From Paraspadella gotoi (Eukaryota; Animalia; Chaetognatha), in the NCBI GenBank assembly GCA_051294375.1, contig CM119268.1, positions 12,434,473 to 12,498,472 of the forward strand: a DNA stretch of 64,000 nt, read 5' to 3'. Under the pieces are notes generated by a model. It saw only the letters and a program-made list of their open reading frames with translations, did not search any database and was not told the origin of the DNA. The translations under genes and the position numbers were made by a program. Below, one piece after another: positions 63,292 through 64,000 of this stretch (positions within the stretch are counted from its first letter, which is position 1; each line of letters begins with the position of its first letter).

Positions 63292-64000
63292 AGTTCAACC
63301 CCAATCAAAATTCCTTAGACCCCAACCCCTTCACCAGCCCCCGGTCCTTCAACACCCCTTTGATGAGTTGCTTCTTGTAGAGATTCCAGTCCACTGTCGT
63401 TTGAAGGTTTCCTTGAAGCGTTTCTTCCGCCGGGTAAGGTTGCACCTGGAAGGGAAAGTTTATGCAGTCGTAAAACAATTAAACCTCTCACTCTTTCTAG
63501 CTCTTTATCTCTTGTTTCTCGTTTCTCTGTTTGCTCTCTCTCTCNNNNNNNNNNNNNNNNNNNNNNNNNNNNNNNNNNNNNNNNNNNNNNNNNNNNNNNN
63601 NNNNNNNNNNNNNNNNNNNNNNNNNNNNNNNNNNNNNNNNNNNNNNNNNNNNNNNNNNNNNNNNNNNNNNNNNNNNNNNNNNNNNNNNNNNNNNNNNNNN
63701 NNNNNNNNNNNNNNNNNNNNNNNNNNNNNNNNNNNNNNNNNNNNNNNNNNNCGTGCTGCCTCATATGAGTGAATTGCTTGTCGGAGCAATGTTCTAAGAT
63801 GAACTGCTTGCGAATAAAGATACATTCGGCTCCGCGCGAGACGAGAGAGACGCTCGGGGAATCTGTAAAGCGAAAAAACTCTGAGATCGATGACCCAAGA
63901 TTAAAAGAAATTTTTTTTTAGCGCGGAATAGAACGTCAATAGGAAAGAATAGAAGAGAATAGAAGGGAAGAGAAGAGAAGAGAAGAGAAGAGAAGAGAAG
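63292..64000 (+). repeat. Direct duplicate of ~59494-60075
   Basis: Collinear near-identity, differing mainly by single-base indels. Confidence 0.92.

Overview
Eukaryotic (invertebrate animal-type) genomic DNA from a draft assembly, with short GT-AG introns, many (AG)n microsatellites and four N-gaps. Most ORFs in the supplied track are spurious; genes were rebuilt by hand from splice phases. Confident genes: an NRAMP/SLC11 metal transporter (minus, 17471-22924), PCNP (plus, 24764-26300) and ARHGAP39/Vilse (WW-MyTH4-RhoGAP; plus, 29493-37551, with a 1-nt frameshift in a RhoGAP exon). There is an intronless 368-aa orphan ORF with a partial MADS-box-like segment (27027-28133) and several low-complexity multi-exon orphan genes on the minus strand. 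Mobile DNA includes hAT-type and Tc1/mariner-type MITEs, a MITE family with telomere-like repeats, a CRE-type non-LTR retrotransposon fragment, Penelope-type minimal hammerhead remnants, a family of short LTR-like elements carrying Pol III A/B boxes, a ~320-bp tandem array and a ~20-bp minisatellite. The best candidates for something undescribed are the Pol III-box LTR-like family, a hairpin-dense ~270-nt element in a PCNP intron, the MADS-like ORF lacking the basic DNA-binding half, and the hammerhead-centred palindrome. All coordinates and alignments were read by eye; no searches were run.
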